From: Octopus sinensis
Taxonomy: Eukaryota
Length of the DNA: 64,000 nucleotides
Assembly (NCBI RefSeq): GCF_006345805.1
Contig: NC_043005.1
Coordinates: forward strand, 81,530,001 to 81,594,000
Direction: 5' to 3'
In this document: positions 14,831 through 27,976 of the stretch, piece by piece
Layout of the letters: each line of letters opens with the position of its first letter
Position numbering within the stretch: position 1 is the stretch's first letter
Notes under the pieces: model-generated
Told to the model about the DNA's origin: nothing
Seen by the model: the letters and a program-made list of their open reading frames with translations, nothing else
The model's database searches: none
Made by a program: the position numbers and the translations under genes

Positions 14831-15244
14831 ATCGTGGACACAAAGGATTCATCACAGCAACGTCACCGGCAATAAAAATTGATGACAGTTTGAAACAAAA
14901 GAAAGAATGGCTGATTCTCGACAAGCAATCGTCACCTCGGGCAACAGAAGGAATGTATTTGTCCATTACTTCTATAAGGTAGTTTCTATTTGGTCGATGT
15001 TATTTTGAATTAATAATAATGATAATGGTTTCAATTTGTGGCACAAGGCCAGCAATTTCGGGATTGTGAGTAAGTCGATTAAATCGACTTATTTTATCGA
15101 CACTGAAAGGATAAAAGCCAAAGTTGACCTCGGCAGAATTTGAACTCGTAAAGTAAAGTCAGACGAAATACCAATAAGCATTTTGTCCTGTTTGCTACCG
15201 AATCTGACAGCTCGCCGCCTTACTTTAATAACAACAACAACAAC

Positions 15245-15281
<37 letters not shown>

Positions 15282-16532
15282 GTAACGGTTTCAAACATTT
15301 CCACAAGGACAGCAGTTTTGGGGGAGGAGATTAGTCGATTACATTTCCACCAAAGTTCAACTAGTACTTGTTATATAGACCCTGAAAGGATGAAAGGCAA
15401 AGAAGAAGAAGAAGAAGAAGAAGAAGAAGAAGAAGAAGAAGAAGGGGGAGGAGAAGGATAAGGAGGAGGAGGTGAAGAAGAAGAAGAAGAAGAAGAAGAA
15501 GAAGAAGAAGAGGAAGAGATGACGATGATTAATAACCGAATTAATAACAATAATAATGATAAATAATAATGATATTTTCTAACAAGAAAAACAATACCAA
15601 GAAAAACAACAACAGCAATGACAATAGGAACAAATGGAAGCGAGTAAGCATTGCATGCCATTTGATGTGAATGAAATGTTTTACTTGAAGGCCATTTAGT
15701 AATAGTATTCAGGTATTTCGATTTCTATAGAGCATATCTAACACAGCGATGGAACGTTCAACTAATGAATACTGTATTCCCTGCAGGATTGTGACTGATT
15801 TTCAATAGAACTAATTATGGTCAGTGTAAAAATAATTTGTCCTTCAGATATGTCAAAAACTTGCAATTTTAAATGCAAATTCAGCTTGCCACGCACACAC
15901 ACTATAAGAAGAATAAGTTTTAATGAAGCTATAAACGAACGCAATGGACAATAGACAAAGGAGTTTACCAAGTGTGGATTGTGAGACATGAGCTATTATT
16001 GAAACGTTCAGATTTCTCAGACAGACGGAGAGAAAGAGAGGGAGGAGGTGACTGACAGCAGAAATTTGAAATGCTTTTAAATTGATTAGAACTAGTTAAA
16101 TCCTTCTCAGTAAATACTGCTCGCATTCTCTCCTCTTATCTCTCCTTCTCTCTTTCTCGTCTCGCTCACTCGCTACCTGTCTCTCTATCTCTTTATCTCT
16201 CTTTCTCTTATGCAATAAAGTGTTCCCTTCATGATCCATTGCTGCTAGGCGTCCAAAACAATCGGAAGAGCCAATGCTGAGTTCCAATTAACGGCAACAC
16301 TGAAACGTACGTAGACACAAAATATTTATACTGGTGTTCATTTTCATTTCTACGACGTATTCTCCGTATCTTATAATTAGTAACGACGCTTCGTACACCA
16401 GCTGACTAATCCCTTTAATCGAAACCGATAGTTTGTATACATATAACTGTGCAACCAAGATATAAGTGTGTGAACACTGTGTGTACATTGGTTTGATGAT
16501 ACAAACAGGATATATATAACTCAAAACTTCAG

Positions 16533-16615
<83 letters not shown>

Positions 16616-16632
16616 CCTGCCTTATATGGCTT

Positions 16633-16684
16633 ATAGGTTAAATGAGGCATGATTGCCCTTACTGCCGAAACAGCTGTCAGATAT
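16633..16684 (+). ncRNA. Decayed hammerhead-like motif beside a (TA)n array
   Basis: ATAGGT-TAAATGA-GGCA(13 nt)TGCC-GAAAC-AGCT-GTC-AGATAT. Stem II, GAAA, palindromic ACAGCTGT stem III and GUC triplet are intact; the CUGAUGA core is decayed. Confidence 0.45.
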
Positions 16685-16865
16685 GATATAATTACATATT
16701 TATTTTATATTTCTATTTCCTTGTCTAATTATATTTACAATATATTTTGTATAATGCCTTTACTGTTATGTAACGGTGTAATAAAGTATTGATTGGGTAT
16801 CATCTGATGGTTGAGGTTTGATTGATTTAAGTATGTTTCTCCATTTTCTAATTTTGTAGTATATT

Positions 16866-16901
<36 letters not shown>

Positions 16902-17091
16902 ATATATATATGCACTTCTATTATTAATCGGCAGATGAGATGGAGTGGTTCAAAGGCTAAGATTTTCGTGCAATTACGCTTATCAAACAGATAAGTGCCG
17001 ATCCACGACGCACCCGGTGTAGCATCTACCAATTAATAATAATGATAATAATGCTAATAATGATAATAATATAAAGATTATATATATTTTT

Positions 17092-17444
17092 TATTCGTTT
17101 CATTCATTTTACTGAGGTCCTGCTGGGGCACCGTCTGTAGTCGAACAAATCGACTTATTCTTTGTAAGACTAGTACTTATTCTATTCGCCTGTTTAGCCC
17201 AGGCCCTAGCTTATGGAAACGTAAACACGCCAGCATCGGATGTCAAATGATGGTTGTGGAGAAACACACACATATATATACATATACGACGGGCTTCTTT
17301 CAGTTCCCGTCTACCAAAATCCACTCAAGATTTGGTCGGCCCGGGGCTATAGAAGAAGACACTTGCCCAAGGTGCCACGCATTGGGACTGAAGCCGGAAC
17401 TATGTGGTTGGTTGCCCAGCTAGTTACCACACAATAACTCCTGC
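17092..17444 (-). mobile_element. SINE family B
   Basis: Same head and body motifs as 10011-10406. Confidence 0.75.
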
Positions 17445-17513
<69 letters not shown>

Positions 17514-17601
17514 GTCAATGATAAAAGGGTAAAATTAATTAATTATTAATTAATTTTACCAAGTAGTGTTCAGTATGTAAAAAGACCATTTACGGTATAT
17601 T

Positions 17602-17700
17602 TAAAACATTACATTATATAATTAGGGTTCAGCAAAAAAATTCGGTGTGTGGTAAAGTAATTTTTTTTACTGAACCCTAATTATATAACGTAATGTTTTA
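17602..17700. repeat. 41-bp-arm inverted repeat with 16-nt loop
   Basis: taaaacattacattatataattagggttcagcaaaaaaatt (17602-17642) pairs with 17659-17700. Confidence 0.9.
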
Positions 17701-18619
17701 CATACATATATATATATATGTATGTGTGTGTGTGTGTCTGTGTGTATATATATATATATATTTAATATACTTTTATAGTATATTATGAATGTATAACGAA
17801 ATACAGTGTCCCTCCAAGTAATATATATGTGTGTGTGTAATTACACACACTTCCATACATATGTGCAGAATAATTTTACCTATCAAAAGCTTTGAGAACT
17901 TGTCACCACAGTAACGAAATGATTATAAGATATGTACATGTATATATATCTATCTCTATCCTTCTCTACATATATGTCTCTATATATGTATCCAAGTATA
18001 GATATACGCACCTATATAAATATATAATTAGTCCTGAAAACTATATCTGCGCGCGCGTATACGTGTATGTATCTCATTATGCATGTATTTATGCCTGTAT
18101 ATACGAAGATGTGAAGATATGTATGTACGTAGATCGCTATATTACTCGACTAATTTTACTGTCTCATCAGAACTGTTTACTGCATAACTTCTTCAAAGAA
18201 ACAGAGATAATTGCCAGCAAAAAACAGTAATACGTATGCTAAATGCCCTTGGTAACAGACATTGCTTCGAATCTCAATTGGCAATATGTATGGTTCACCG
18301 ACGACCTAATTAGTCGTAATGAGCACCTAAGAAACAAGTCACACTAATGTACTTCTTTGGATCATTCTGAAGTTTGTAGTTTCTTATGTGAACCAAGCTA
18401 AATTTATGTTTCTGCAAAACGCACAACATTCTGTTCAGAATTTATCCCATTACCTTTCTTAATAGACAGCCATATACGCACATACGCTCATAAATATTCT
18501 ATTATATTTATATAGTATACATTAATACATTTATATTATCCTATATATAACCATGTACATTGACAATACATTTATGTATAAGCGTATCTGTGTGTGTATA
18601 TATATATACACACAAACAC

Positions 18620-18653
<34 letters not shown>

Positions 18654-18656
18654 TAG

Positions 18657-20260
18657 ATACATATGTATATGCACACAAATATTTATATATGCATATATAT
18701 ATATATACAAACACACACACACACACGCACATATACAAATACTTTTAATAAACCAACAAAATCTTCACAAACTTTTAGTCTGTTTCACGCTTCCGTTCGT
18801 CAGAGTGTTGTGATCATACTGAAAAATTGCGATGCTATAGGTATATATATATTCGTTTGTTCTTTTATTTGTTTCTCCTGCATGTATATATATATATGTG
18901 CGTGTGTGTATTTATTTTTAAGAATGCTTATACACTCCTATTCACCCATATATATATATATATACAACGTGTGTGTGTATGTGTGTGCATTTATGTGTGC
19001 ATGTGTGTGTGTGTATGTGTGTGTGTGCGTGGAAAAAGAGAAACCAATAAATGATGTTATGTAAATTGGCATCAGATAAGCAATTAACTCCCTTGCATAC
19101 GCTCACACACACACACAAACACAGTACAATACAACACACACACATAAATACATATGTATATGCACACAAATATTTATATATGCATATATATATATATACA
19201 AACACACACACACACACACACGCACATATACAAATACTTTTAATAAACCAACAAAATCTTCACAAACTTTTAGTCTGTTTCACGCTTCCGTTCGTCAGAG
19301 TGTTGTGATCATACTGAAAAATTGCGATGCTATAGGTATATATATATTCGTTTGTTCTTTTATTTGTTTCTCCTGCATGTATATATATATATGTGCGTGT
19401 GTGTATTTATTTTTAAGAATGCTTATACACTCCTATTCACCCATATATATATATATATACAACGTGTGTGTGTATGTGTGTGCATTTATGTGTGCATGTG
19501 TGTGTGCGTGTATGTGTGTGTGTGCGTGGAAAAAGAGAAACCAATAAATGATGTTATGTAATTGGCATCAGATAAGCAATTAACTCCCTTGCATACGCTC
19601 ACACACACACACAAACACAGTACAATACAACACACACACATGCAAAAAACACAATACAACACACACACATACACAAACACAATACAACCACACACACACA
19701 CATAATACATATGTATATGCACACAAATATTTATATATGCATATATATATATATACAAACACACACACACACACACGCACATATACAAATACTTTTAATA
19801 AACCAACAAAATCTTCACAAACTTTTAGTCTGTTTCACGCTTCCGTTCGTCAGAGTGTTGTGATCATACTGAAAAATTGCGATGCTATAGGTATATATAT
19901 ATTCGTTTGTTCTTTTATTTGTTTCTCCTGCATGTATATATATATATGTGCGTGTGTGTATTTATTTTTAAGAATGCTTATACACTCCTATTCACCCATA
20001 TATATATATATATACAACGTGTGTGTGTATGTGTGTGCATTTATGTGTGCATGTGTGTGTGCGTGTATGTGTGTGTGTGCGTGGAAAAAGAGAAACCAAT
20101 AAATGATGTTATGTAAATTGGCATCAGATAAGCAATTAACTCCCTTGCATACGCTCACACACACACACAAACACAGTACAATACAACACACACACATGCA
20201 AAAACACAATACAACACACACACATACACAAACACAATACAACACACACAACACACATAC
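18657..20260. repeat. Near-identical tandem triplication of a 495-555 bp unit
   Basis: Anchor acttttaataaaccaac occurs at 18741, 19236 and 19791; unit joins fall in CA-rich tracts. Confidence 0.95.
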
Positions 20261-20871
20261 ACACTCAGGCATACACACACATTTAGAAAGGATAGTTTCG
20301 AGAACTAATTATTCCATCTGTTCTGGCTCTGTATTTGGGGGAAATACAATCAATATTTTGTTAAGCGTTGCGTAAGCTAAACGATCAGATATATTTGCAC
20401 GCTCGTGTAAAATACTGTTAAAGATGTAAGCCTTTGGTCACAATAAATAAGTTTTCTTTCTAATCTACGCTCTGCATATAAGTCGGAGAAAAGAGAAAAA
20501 AAAACACTCACGGTGTTATATTTACTAGAGAACGTAAATCTATGATATAAATTGGTATTTTCATTCTTTTACATTATGAAATATTGTTTGCTTAGCAGTG
20601 CTTGCAGTTTTAATCGTTTGCTTTTTATTGATTTTCCAAAGCTAAGGACTTTGACCGTCATTTGGCCACTTTTAACTGAATGATGATTATCATCATTATC
20701 GTCAACGACAACAATATTTAACATCAGTTTTCTATGCTGGCATGGTTTGGACGGTTTGACAGGAACTGACAAACCCAGAGCCGCACCTGGTTGCACAGTC
20801 AGTTTTAGCTGGGTTTCTATAGCTTGATGCCCTTTCTAAAGCCAACCACCTTACAATGTGTTGTAGATACC

Positions 20872-21355
20872 TTTTACGTGGCTCTATACCCAGCGTTTTT
20901 TATGTGGTGCCATCACCAATGTTTTTAATGTGGAATTACACCAGTGCTTTTTGTGTTGCACAAGCACCAGTGCTTTTTAAGCGGCACATCTACCAGTGCT
21001 TTTTAAGTAGCATAAGCAGTAGTGATTTTTTTTTAAGTGGCACAATACGAGTGCTTTTTAAGTGGCACAAGCACCAGTTTTTTTTTAAGTGGTACAACCA
21101 CCAGTGCTTTCTTTTTAAGTGGCACAACCACCAGTGTTTTTTTAAGTGACACAACCACCAGCGTTTTTTAAGTGGCACAAGCAACAGTGTTTCTTCTAAG
21201 TGGCACAACACCAGTGCTTTTTAAGTGGCACAAGCAACAGTGTTTTTTTTAAGTGGAACCTCACCAGTGCTTTTTCTGTAGCACATGCACAGTGCCTTTT
21301 TAAGAGGCACAAACACCAATGCTTTTTACGTGGAACCACCACCAGTGCATTTTTT
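20872..21355. repeat. Degenerate minisatellite, about 18 units of about 26 bp
   Basis: Consensus AAGTGGCACAAGCACCAGTGCTTTTT with variable T runs. Confidence 0.9.
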
Positions 21356-21480
21356 ACAGTTATTCATAATTGTATTGTAGTGACTGTAATTCTATAAGTA
21401 TGGAGAGATGTAGGGCAGGGTGAGACAGGACATTATCAATAGGGAATCACATAAAAGGTGTAGCGTAGGTTAACACTCAC

Positions 21481-21738
21481 CGTTACCATAAATATATTCC
21501 AAACAAAATAACCGGGTCGCCGCGCTGCTCGACATTTCACAGAGAGTGCTGACCGTCGAACAGTAGCATCTGCTTGGTCTATGGCCAGTTCCTTCTTCTC
21601 AGTTTCCGTATGCATGTAAAGATGCCATTCTTGTTCATCCACAAACGACTGTCGATTGACTACATGATGTTCATCTATGTCTTCAATCAATTCAACTTCA
21701 TATGAGGGAAGCTCGGAGGCCACAGTCACAGTGAGATC
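21481..21738 (-). CDS. Internal coding exon (86 aa) of a pentameric ligand-gated ion channel-like protein, probably of the Cys-less/Pro-loop orphan type
   Basis: Acceptor ttcttctttcag|GAT (AG at 21740-21739) and donor ACG|gtgagt (GT at 21480-21479); 258 bp, phase 0/0. Translation DLTVTVASELPSYEVELIEDIDEHHVVNRQSFVDEQEWHLYMHTETEKKELAIDQADATVRRSALSVKCRAARRPGYFVWNIFMVT shows the pLGIC pattern: D-L-T-V after the expected FPFDxQ loop, F-x-D-E-Q-E-W-x-L, and pre-M1 R-R-P-G-Y-F-V-W-N. Family assigned from motif recall, not a search. Confidence 0.85.
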
Positions 21739-21934
21739 CTGAAAGAAGAAAGCATGACAACCTTTATTGTAGAAGGCAATATCTGAAAGGAAACAAGACA
21801 AAACCACAAACATATATTGCTAGGGCGATTAGACGTTTTGGCGATTAGGTGTGACATCGCTGCATCGAAACGCTGAATTGTTTGACATCAGCCGTTTTAA
21901 TGATTTTCTTTTTTGATCTCTGTCTCCATAAGTG

Positions 21935-22254
21935 GAGACCCCCTTCGGTCATGAATGACTATGGGATTGCACCTAGAAAGTTACCCTCCGAGGCACAAGT
22001 CCGCGCAAGGTTGTTTGTGGAAGGCCAGCAGTCGTCCATGCATACTAGCCTCTCCTCTCCACACCACAGTTGCCTTCCAAGGGAAAGGCAAAGGACGATA
22101 CAGCTTGGCACCAGTGGTGTCGCAACTCATTTCCACAGCAACGTAAAGTAAAGTGTCTTGCTCAAGAATACAACACGCAGCCCGGTCCGGGAATCGAACT
22201 CACAACCTCACGATCGTAAGCTCGACGCTCTAACGACTGAGCCATGCGCCTTCA
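21935..22254 (-). mobile_element. Full-length tRNA-derived SINE (family C) with 15-bp TSD
   Basis: Head gtgaaggcgcatggctcagtcgttagagc...gttcgattcc has A and B boxes. TSD CTGTCTCCATAAGTG at 21920-21934 and 22255-22269. Confidence 0.85.
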
Positions 22255-23161
22255 CTGTCTCCATAAGTGCAGGAATGAAATTTGCTTAGTGGGATGCGAA
22301 CCCACGTCCAATTTTCATTGCCCACATTCACGAAATGGTTTTAGGGAGTGTGCTTGCACCTGCTGCACTCATCTGTTCCTGAGCCTTTATCTGTCTCTAT
22401 CACATCTTTGCCTGTATATCATACTGTCAGCGTATATGTCAGCGCTCACACATGCATGTGCCCGTGTATATTGTATGTGTGTTTAGCTCTGGTGGCAAAA
22501 CGTACAGTTGTCAGCATCCATGCAGCTGCGCTGAATTCTATTATTCTGTATTTGCCCACACATAAACACATACAGACATATAAGCATTATATATATATAT
22601 ATATGTATGTATATGTAAGTATATATATTATAGTACATTAATATTTATATAATATGATATAATATTATATTTCATTACAAAATATTATATTGTATAATTC
22701 ATATTGTATTTAGTCGAGTTGCAACGTCATGTTTCTTAACTAAAATATTCTATCAATCTTTGAGGCCTAGAAGAAGAGTTATTATAAATATACAACACAA
22801 CGAATAACAAGAAAAAGAAAGATACGTTTTATATTTTAGCAGGTGAAAAATAAAATCCAGATTCTATTGTAAAACCACGTTGTCTTATACATGTGATGAA
22901 GTTAACAGAAGGAAGCGGAAGGAAAACAGTTGTAGCAAACGGATAACCACGATCATAATATGAGATTGAACATATATATTACACACACGCACACACATAT
23001 AAATGTATATATACACACATATATATGTATATATACACACACATATATATGTACACACACACACATATATAGATATATATATATATGCACACACATATAT
23101 GGCATATTCATACATATACATAGACACACAGACACATACACGCATGCACGCACACACGCAT

Positions 23162-23536
23162 GTAGGCGTAGGCGTAAGAAGCTTGCTTTTCAAGCGCATG
23201 GTTTAGGTTCAGTCCTACTGCGTCGCATATTGGGCAAATGTTTTCTACATTAGCCTCAGGATTTGCAGACGGAAGCTGAAAGCAGCCGATCATATACCTG
23301 TGTGTGTGTGTGTGTGTCCATACTTTTGTCTCTGTCTATAACCCACCACCGCTTGATAACCGGTGTTGGTGTGATAATATCCCAGTATTTTAACGGTTCG
23401 TCGAAAAGAGATCGATAGAATATGTAACAAGTTTTAAAAGGATAATTAAGCATTGGGATCGATTTGTTCGACGGAAATCCCTTCAAGGCAGTACCCCAGC
23501 ATGGCCGCAGTCGAATGACTGAAACAAGTAAAAGAT
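23162..23536 (+). mobile_element. SINE family B, diverged
   Basis: Ends ccccagcatggccgcagtcgaatgactgaaacaagtaaaag. Confidence 0.75.
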
Positions 23537-24055
23537 ATTTATTTCTTTATTGCCCACAAGGAGCTAAACATAGAGGGAACAAACAAGGGATTAAGTCGAT
23601 TACATCGACCCCAGTACGTAACTAGTACTTATTTAATCGACACCGAAAGAATGAAAGGCAAAATCGACCTTGGCGGAATTTGAACTCAGAACGTAGCGAC
23701 AGACAAAATACCTATTTCTTTACTACCCACAAGGGGCTAAACACAGAAAGGACAAACAAGGACAGTCAAACGGATTAAGTTGATTACATCGACCCCAGTG
23801 CGTAACTGGTACTTAATTTAATCGACTCCGAAAGGATGAAAGGCAAAGTAGACCTCGGCGGAATTTGAACTCAGAACGTAACGGCAGACGAAATACAGCT
23901 ACGTATTTCGCCCGGCTTGCTAACGTTTCTGCCAGCTCGCCGCCCTAAAAGATAAAGTCGACCCCGGCGGAATTTGAACTCAGAACGTAAAGCCAGATGA
24001 AATACTGCTAAGCATTTCGCCCGGCGTACTAACGATTCAGCCTGGTCGCTACCTT
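23537..24055 (-). mobile_element. SINE family A dimer plus an extra head fragment
   Basis: Same body-tail junction at 23710/23711; a further 5' fragment at about 23950-24055. Confidence 0.8.
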
Positions 24056-26699
24056 AAAAGTTAAAAAATATTATATAGGAGCCATGTAATCGACTTCCTC
24101 TTCCCCTCAATAACTCCCGAAATTTTACACCACATTTAGTCTAGAAAATGAAATCGGTGAGCTGGCCGAATCGTTAGCACACCTGGCGAAATATTTAACG
24201 CTTTTCATCCCTCTCTACTTTCTGAGTTCAAATTCTTCCGACGTTGACTTTATCTTTTGTTGGGGGCGGGGTTGATAAAATATGTACCACTTGAGTACTG
24301 GGATGGGGGTGAGATTGTAATTGGCTTACTAACTCTCCACAAATTACTGACTTGGTACCTAAAATTTAAAATCATTATTATAATAGAAAATATGCTTCTT
24401 TAAAGAAAACAATTTTAAAAGTTTAAAGTAGAAATTTTAAGGAATATCATATTCCTTAATTAACCTTTATAAGCTAATTCCTTATAAAAACATTTCATAA
24501 AATACATATAAAAAATGTATTTCCGTCTATTTCAAATTATTTAAAAAGGTAAGTCGTATGTTAAAAATTATAAATTAACAAAAGCAGCCCTTTTGTTGTT
24601 CTTTGCTTTTGCATTTATTTCTCAAACATAAATAAATAAATAAATTCTCCTATGTACGCGATTGTAACAAAGGTAAAAGTCAGTCAGAATTACAGAACAA
24701 TTAGATTAAATTAATTAAATAATGCTGATATGCTACACAGAACTGAATCAATGCAAAAATTTCTTTCACGTTAGTAACGTTAGGTGAAACAGCGTCTTAC
24801 GTAATTGTTATTAAAGAAATTACACGTGAGTATCAATTTGATTTATAAATGTTCTGTGCTTTGAACAGTGGGAACAAATATGTAGTAAATTCTATTTAAA
24901 TTTAATACATATTATAATACAAATATTATAAGAGTTTTTTCCTTCTTAGAATAATCTAAATTGTTTACATGTCTATTTGTAAAATGTAACATTCTTAAAG
25001 AATCATTCTTTATTGATCTTATTTTAAAATAAATCTAAATAAAGTTTGTAATACACCTTCTTCCGTCAGTTTTCATCAATTTCACTCACAAGCGAATACA
25101 GTGTTTGGAATTCAGGTTATTCAATAGTTTATAAGTCGTTAGTGTATTTCATATAACAAAGTGTCTCTTTTATGTTCTATCTTTCACTTGTTTCAGTCAT
25201 TGTACAGCGGCCATGTTGGAGTACCGCCATTTTGGGTTCAATCAAAGACATCGATCCTAGTGCATTTATTTTTTTTATCTAGTACTTGATTTGTCGGTCC
25301 CTTTTACCGAAGCGCTATGTTATTTGGCACGCAAACACACCAACACGGTAGTCAAGCGATGGGAGAAGGACAAGCGCAAAGATACATACACACAGAAACA
25401 CACACACATTTCTACCTACATATAAGCTTACCGAATTCACTAACAAGGTCCGTGGCTATGGGAGAAAACACTTGCCTAAGGCCAACATAGAGGGACTGAA
25501 TCTGAAAATCTGAAACCACGTGACTTCGAAGCGCGCTTCTGAAGCATACAAACACACCTTCACACACACACCTTTTTTCTGCTAACATCTTATATTTATT
25601 TTACTTTATTTTTTCCTACATTTTGTTATATAATAAACACTTCTTCATCTCAACCACTTATATATATGTGTGTATGTTGTGTGTGGGAGTGAGTGTATGT
25701 ATTTATATCTATCTATCTATCTATATATCTAGCTATCTATCTATATATATATATATATATTCAAGAGTTATGGAATGGAGTAGAAGATAAAATCTGGGCT
25801 ACATATGCTTCATAGCAAGCGGAATTTCGGAAGCAGTATATGTGTATGTGTGTGCCCACATTATCATTTACCGATGTAGATGGTTCGGCCATTGCAAGTA
25901 TATTTTTCCCAACAACTGATACATTGTAGATGTTGAATGAGCAACCGCCATGGCTTGCCTGCCGCTCACTTACTGAACCCTGAAATCAGGAATTTGCGGT
26001 TAACATAGAATGCGTCAGATGATTTTCGTCTTTGTTGTGGTTACCGGTGGCGTTGGTGGCTGTTCGGTATTATGTTATTGTTGTAGTGTTTTGTTGCTTA
26101 ATACCAGGCGGCACCGACTATGGAGAATGATCATGAATGCAACAATAGTCATTCTACTTTTCTATTTGCAGTCATAAAATACACAGGGATAGATTATTTT
26201 GAGTGTTTTACTTTCTATGGCGATTTGGCAGCTATTTCTTGAAGGTCTAACGATTATAGACTAGGAGTGGCCAAGGTGTTTCATAACATCAGCCACAAAA
26301 AATATTTTTAAGCATAGCTCTGAGGTAAAAAGTTTGCTTCCCAGCCACATGGTTCCCGGTTCAGTCCCACTGCGTTGTACTTTGGGCAAGTATCTTATAC
26401 TATAGTTTAGGGCCGACCAAAGTCTTGTGAGTGAACTCGATTGACGGAAACTGAAGGGAGCCCGTCGTGTGTGTGGTATTTTGTGTTTGTGTTTCTGTGT
26501 GTCTGTATTTCTCCTCCACTACGCCGCTTTACAACAGGTGATAGTGGGTATCAGACGCTGCAAATGAGCGGTTCGGTAAAAGAGACTGATAGAATAAGTA
26601 ATTAGCATAAAAAAGTGTTAGCGTCGATTTGTTCGACTGAAAATTATTCAAGGCGTACGATAAAGGTTAAATGTACAGTTCCTACTTTTCACTTGCTAA

Positions 26700-26929
26700 G
26701 GCGGTGAACTGGCAGAAACGTTAACACGTCGGGCGAAATGCTCTGTGGTATTTCGTCTGCCGTTACGTTCTGAGTTCAAATTCCGCCGTGGTCGACTTTG
26801 CCTTTCTTCCTTTCGGGGTCGATTAAATAAGTACCAGTTACACACTGCGGTCGATATAATCGACTTAATCCGTTTTTCTGTCCTTGTTTTCTCCCTCTGT
26901 GTGTAGCTTCTTGTGGGCAGTAAAGAAAT
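26700..26929 (+). mobile_element. SINE family A, full length
   Basis: Head, B box, core and ...gggcagtaaagaaat tail. Confidence 0.85.
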
Positions 26930-27739
26930 GATAGGTTGTTTAACCCCTGCTTGTTGAATGCTTTTAAAGAGTCTTCATTTTGGCAATTAAAACTTTGAAA
27001 TCTGGTTGGTAAGATTAAGAAGAATGGCTATGGAATCTAATATAATCTCAGGAACTACACATAAATTTCTGAGCCGTAGTTTGGCTAAGTTAACTCACCT
27101 GGACTCTTTCTGCTGATGTTATTCATTAATCCAAGACCAGCTTTATCATGCAACCCTATGACCATCTATCATTATGTAATCACATAGCAGTAACCATCGT
27201 AAGATTATTCTATAAGAAAGCCTTCGTCAGATGCAAATTGCTTTCACTACCATACTAAATTATATTGATATTATTATCGTTTGTGTACACTGCTAGGTGC
27301 ATGGGTATCACATCAATAAATGTCAAAGGCGGAAGCCTCGGGTGCGGACCTGGGTGTAGTCGAACACAAGTACAGATCTCGATAGTAGATCAATGCTTCA
27401 AATAATTAAACCTAGTTGGAATTCTGACAGATTACGTGTTTACCAAGATGAAACATGCCGTGATCTTGAGTGAACAGATCAGCATTTATTAGTTTCGAGC
27501 TACTGCTGCTTAATATACAACGAAGGCAACGAAAGACATTTAAAATACATCGATGGTATAACATCGAGGGAAAGGGTATAACAGCACAAATATTTACCAA
27601 CCACTTTTAAAAGCAAATCTTTAAAACTGGTGAATGACATGTCGGCTTTTTGTCTAGTTATCCTCATGGTTATACTTTTTTATAATTACTATTAATTTTT
27701 TCGCAAAGTAAAATATATTTGTTATAGTTGTACCCGGAA

Positions 27740-27970
27740 GGCGGCGAGCTGGCAGAAATGTTAGCACGCCGGGCGAAATGCGTAGCCGTATTTCGTCTGC
27801 CGTTACGTTCTGAGTTCAAATTCCGCCTAGGTCTACTTTGCCTTTCATCCTTTCGGAGTCGATAAATTAAGTACCAGTTACACACTGGGCTCGATGTAAT
27901 CGACTTAATCCGTTTGTCTGTCCTTGTTTGTCCGCTCTGTGTTTAGCCCCTTGTGGGTAGTAAAGAAATA
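27740..27970 (+). mobile_element. SINE family A with a degenerate TSD of about 17 bp overlapping the LTR start
   Basis: tatagttgtacccggaa precedes it and tatagttgtagccgaaa follows it. Confidence 0.85.
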
Positions 27971-27976
27971 TATAGT

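Noticed and set aside
14629-14841. 70-aa complex-looking minus-strand ORF
   Set aside because: It is the antisense reading of the mariner relic on the plus strand.
20872-21355. CRISPR-like periodic repeat
   Set aside because: Units abut without unique spacers, there are no cas genes, and the context is eukaryotic.
25872-25979. 108-bp open phase-0 segment with AG/GT ends (GSVSERQ...AEPSTS)
   Set aside because: No recognisable homology, and it cannot lie between FPFDxQ and DLTV in a pLGIC.
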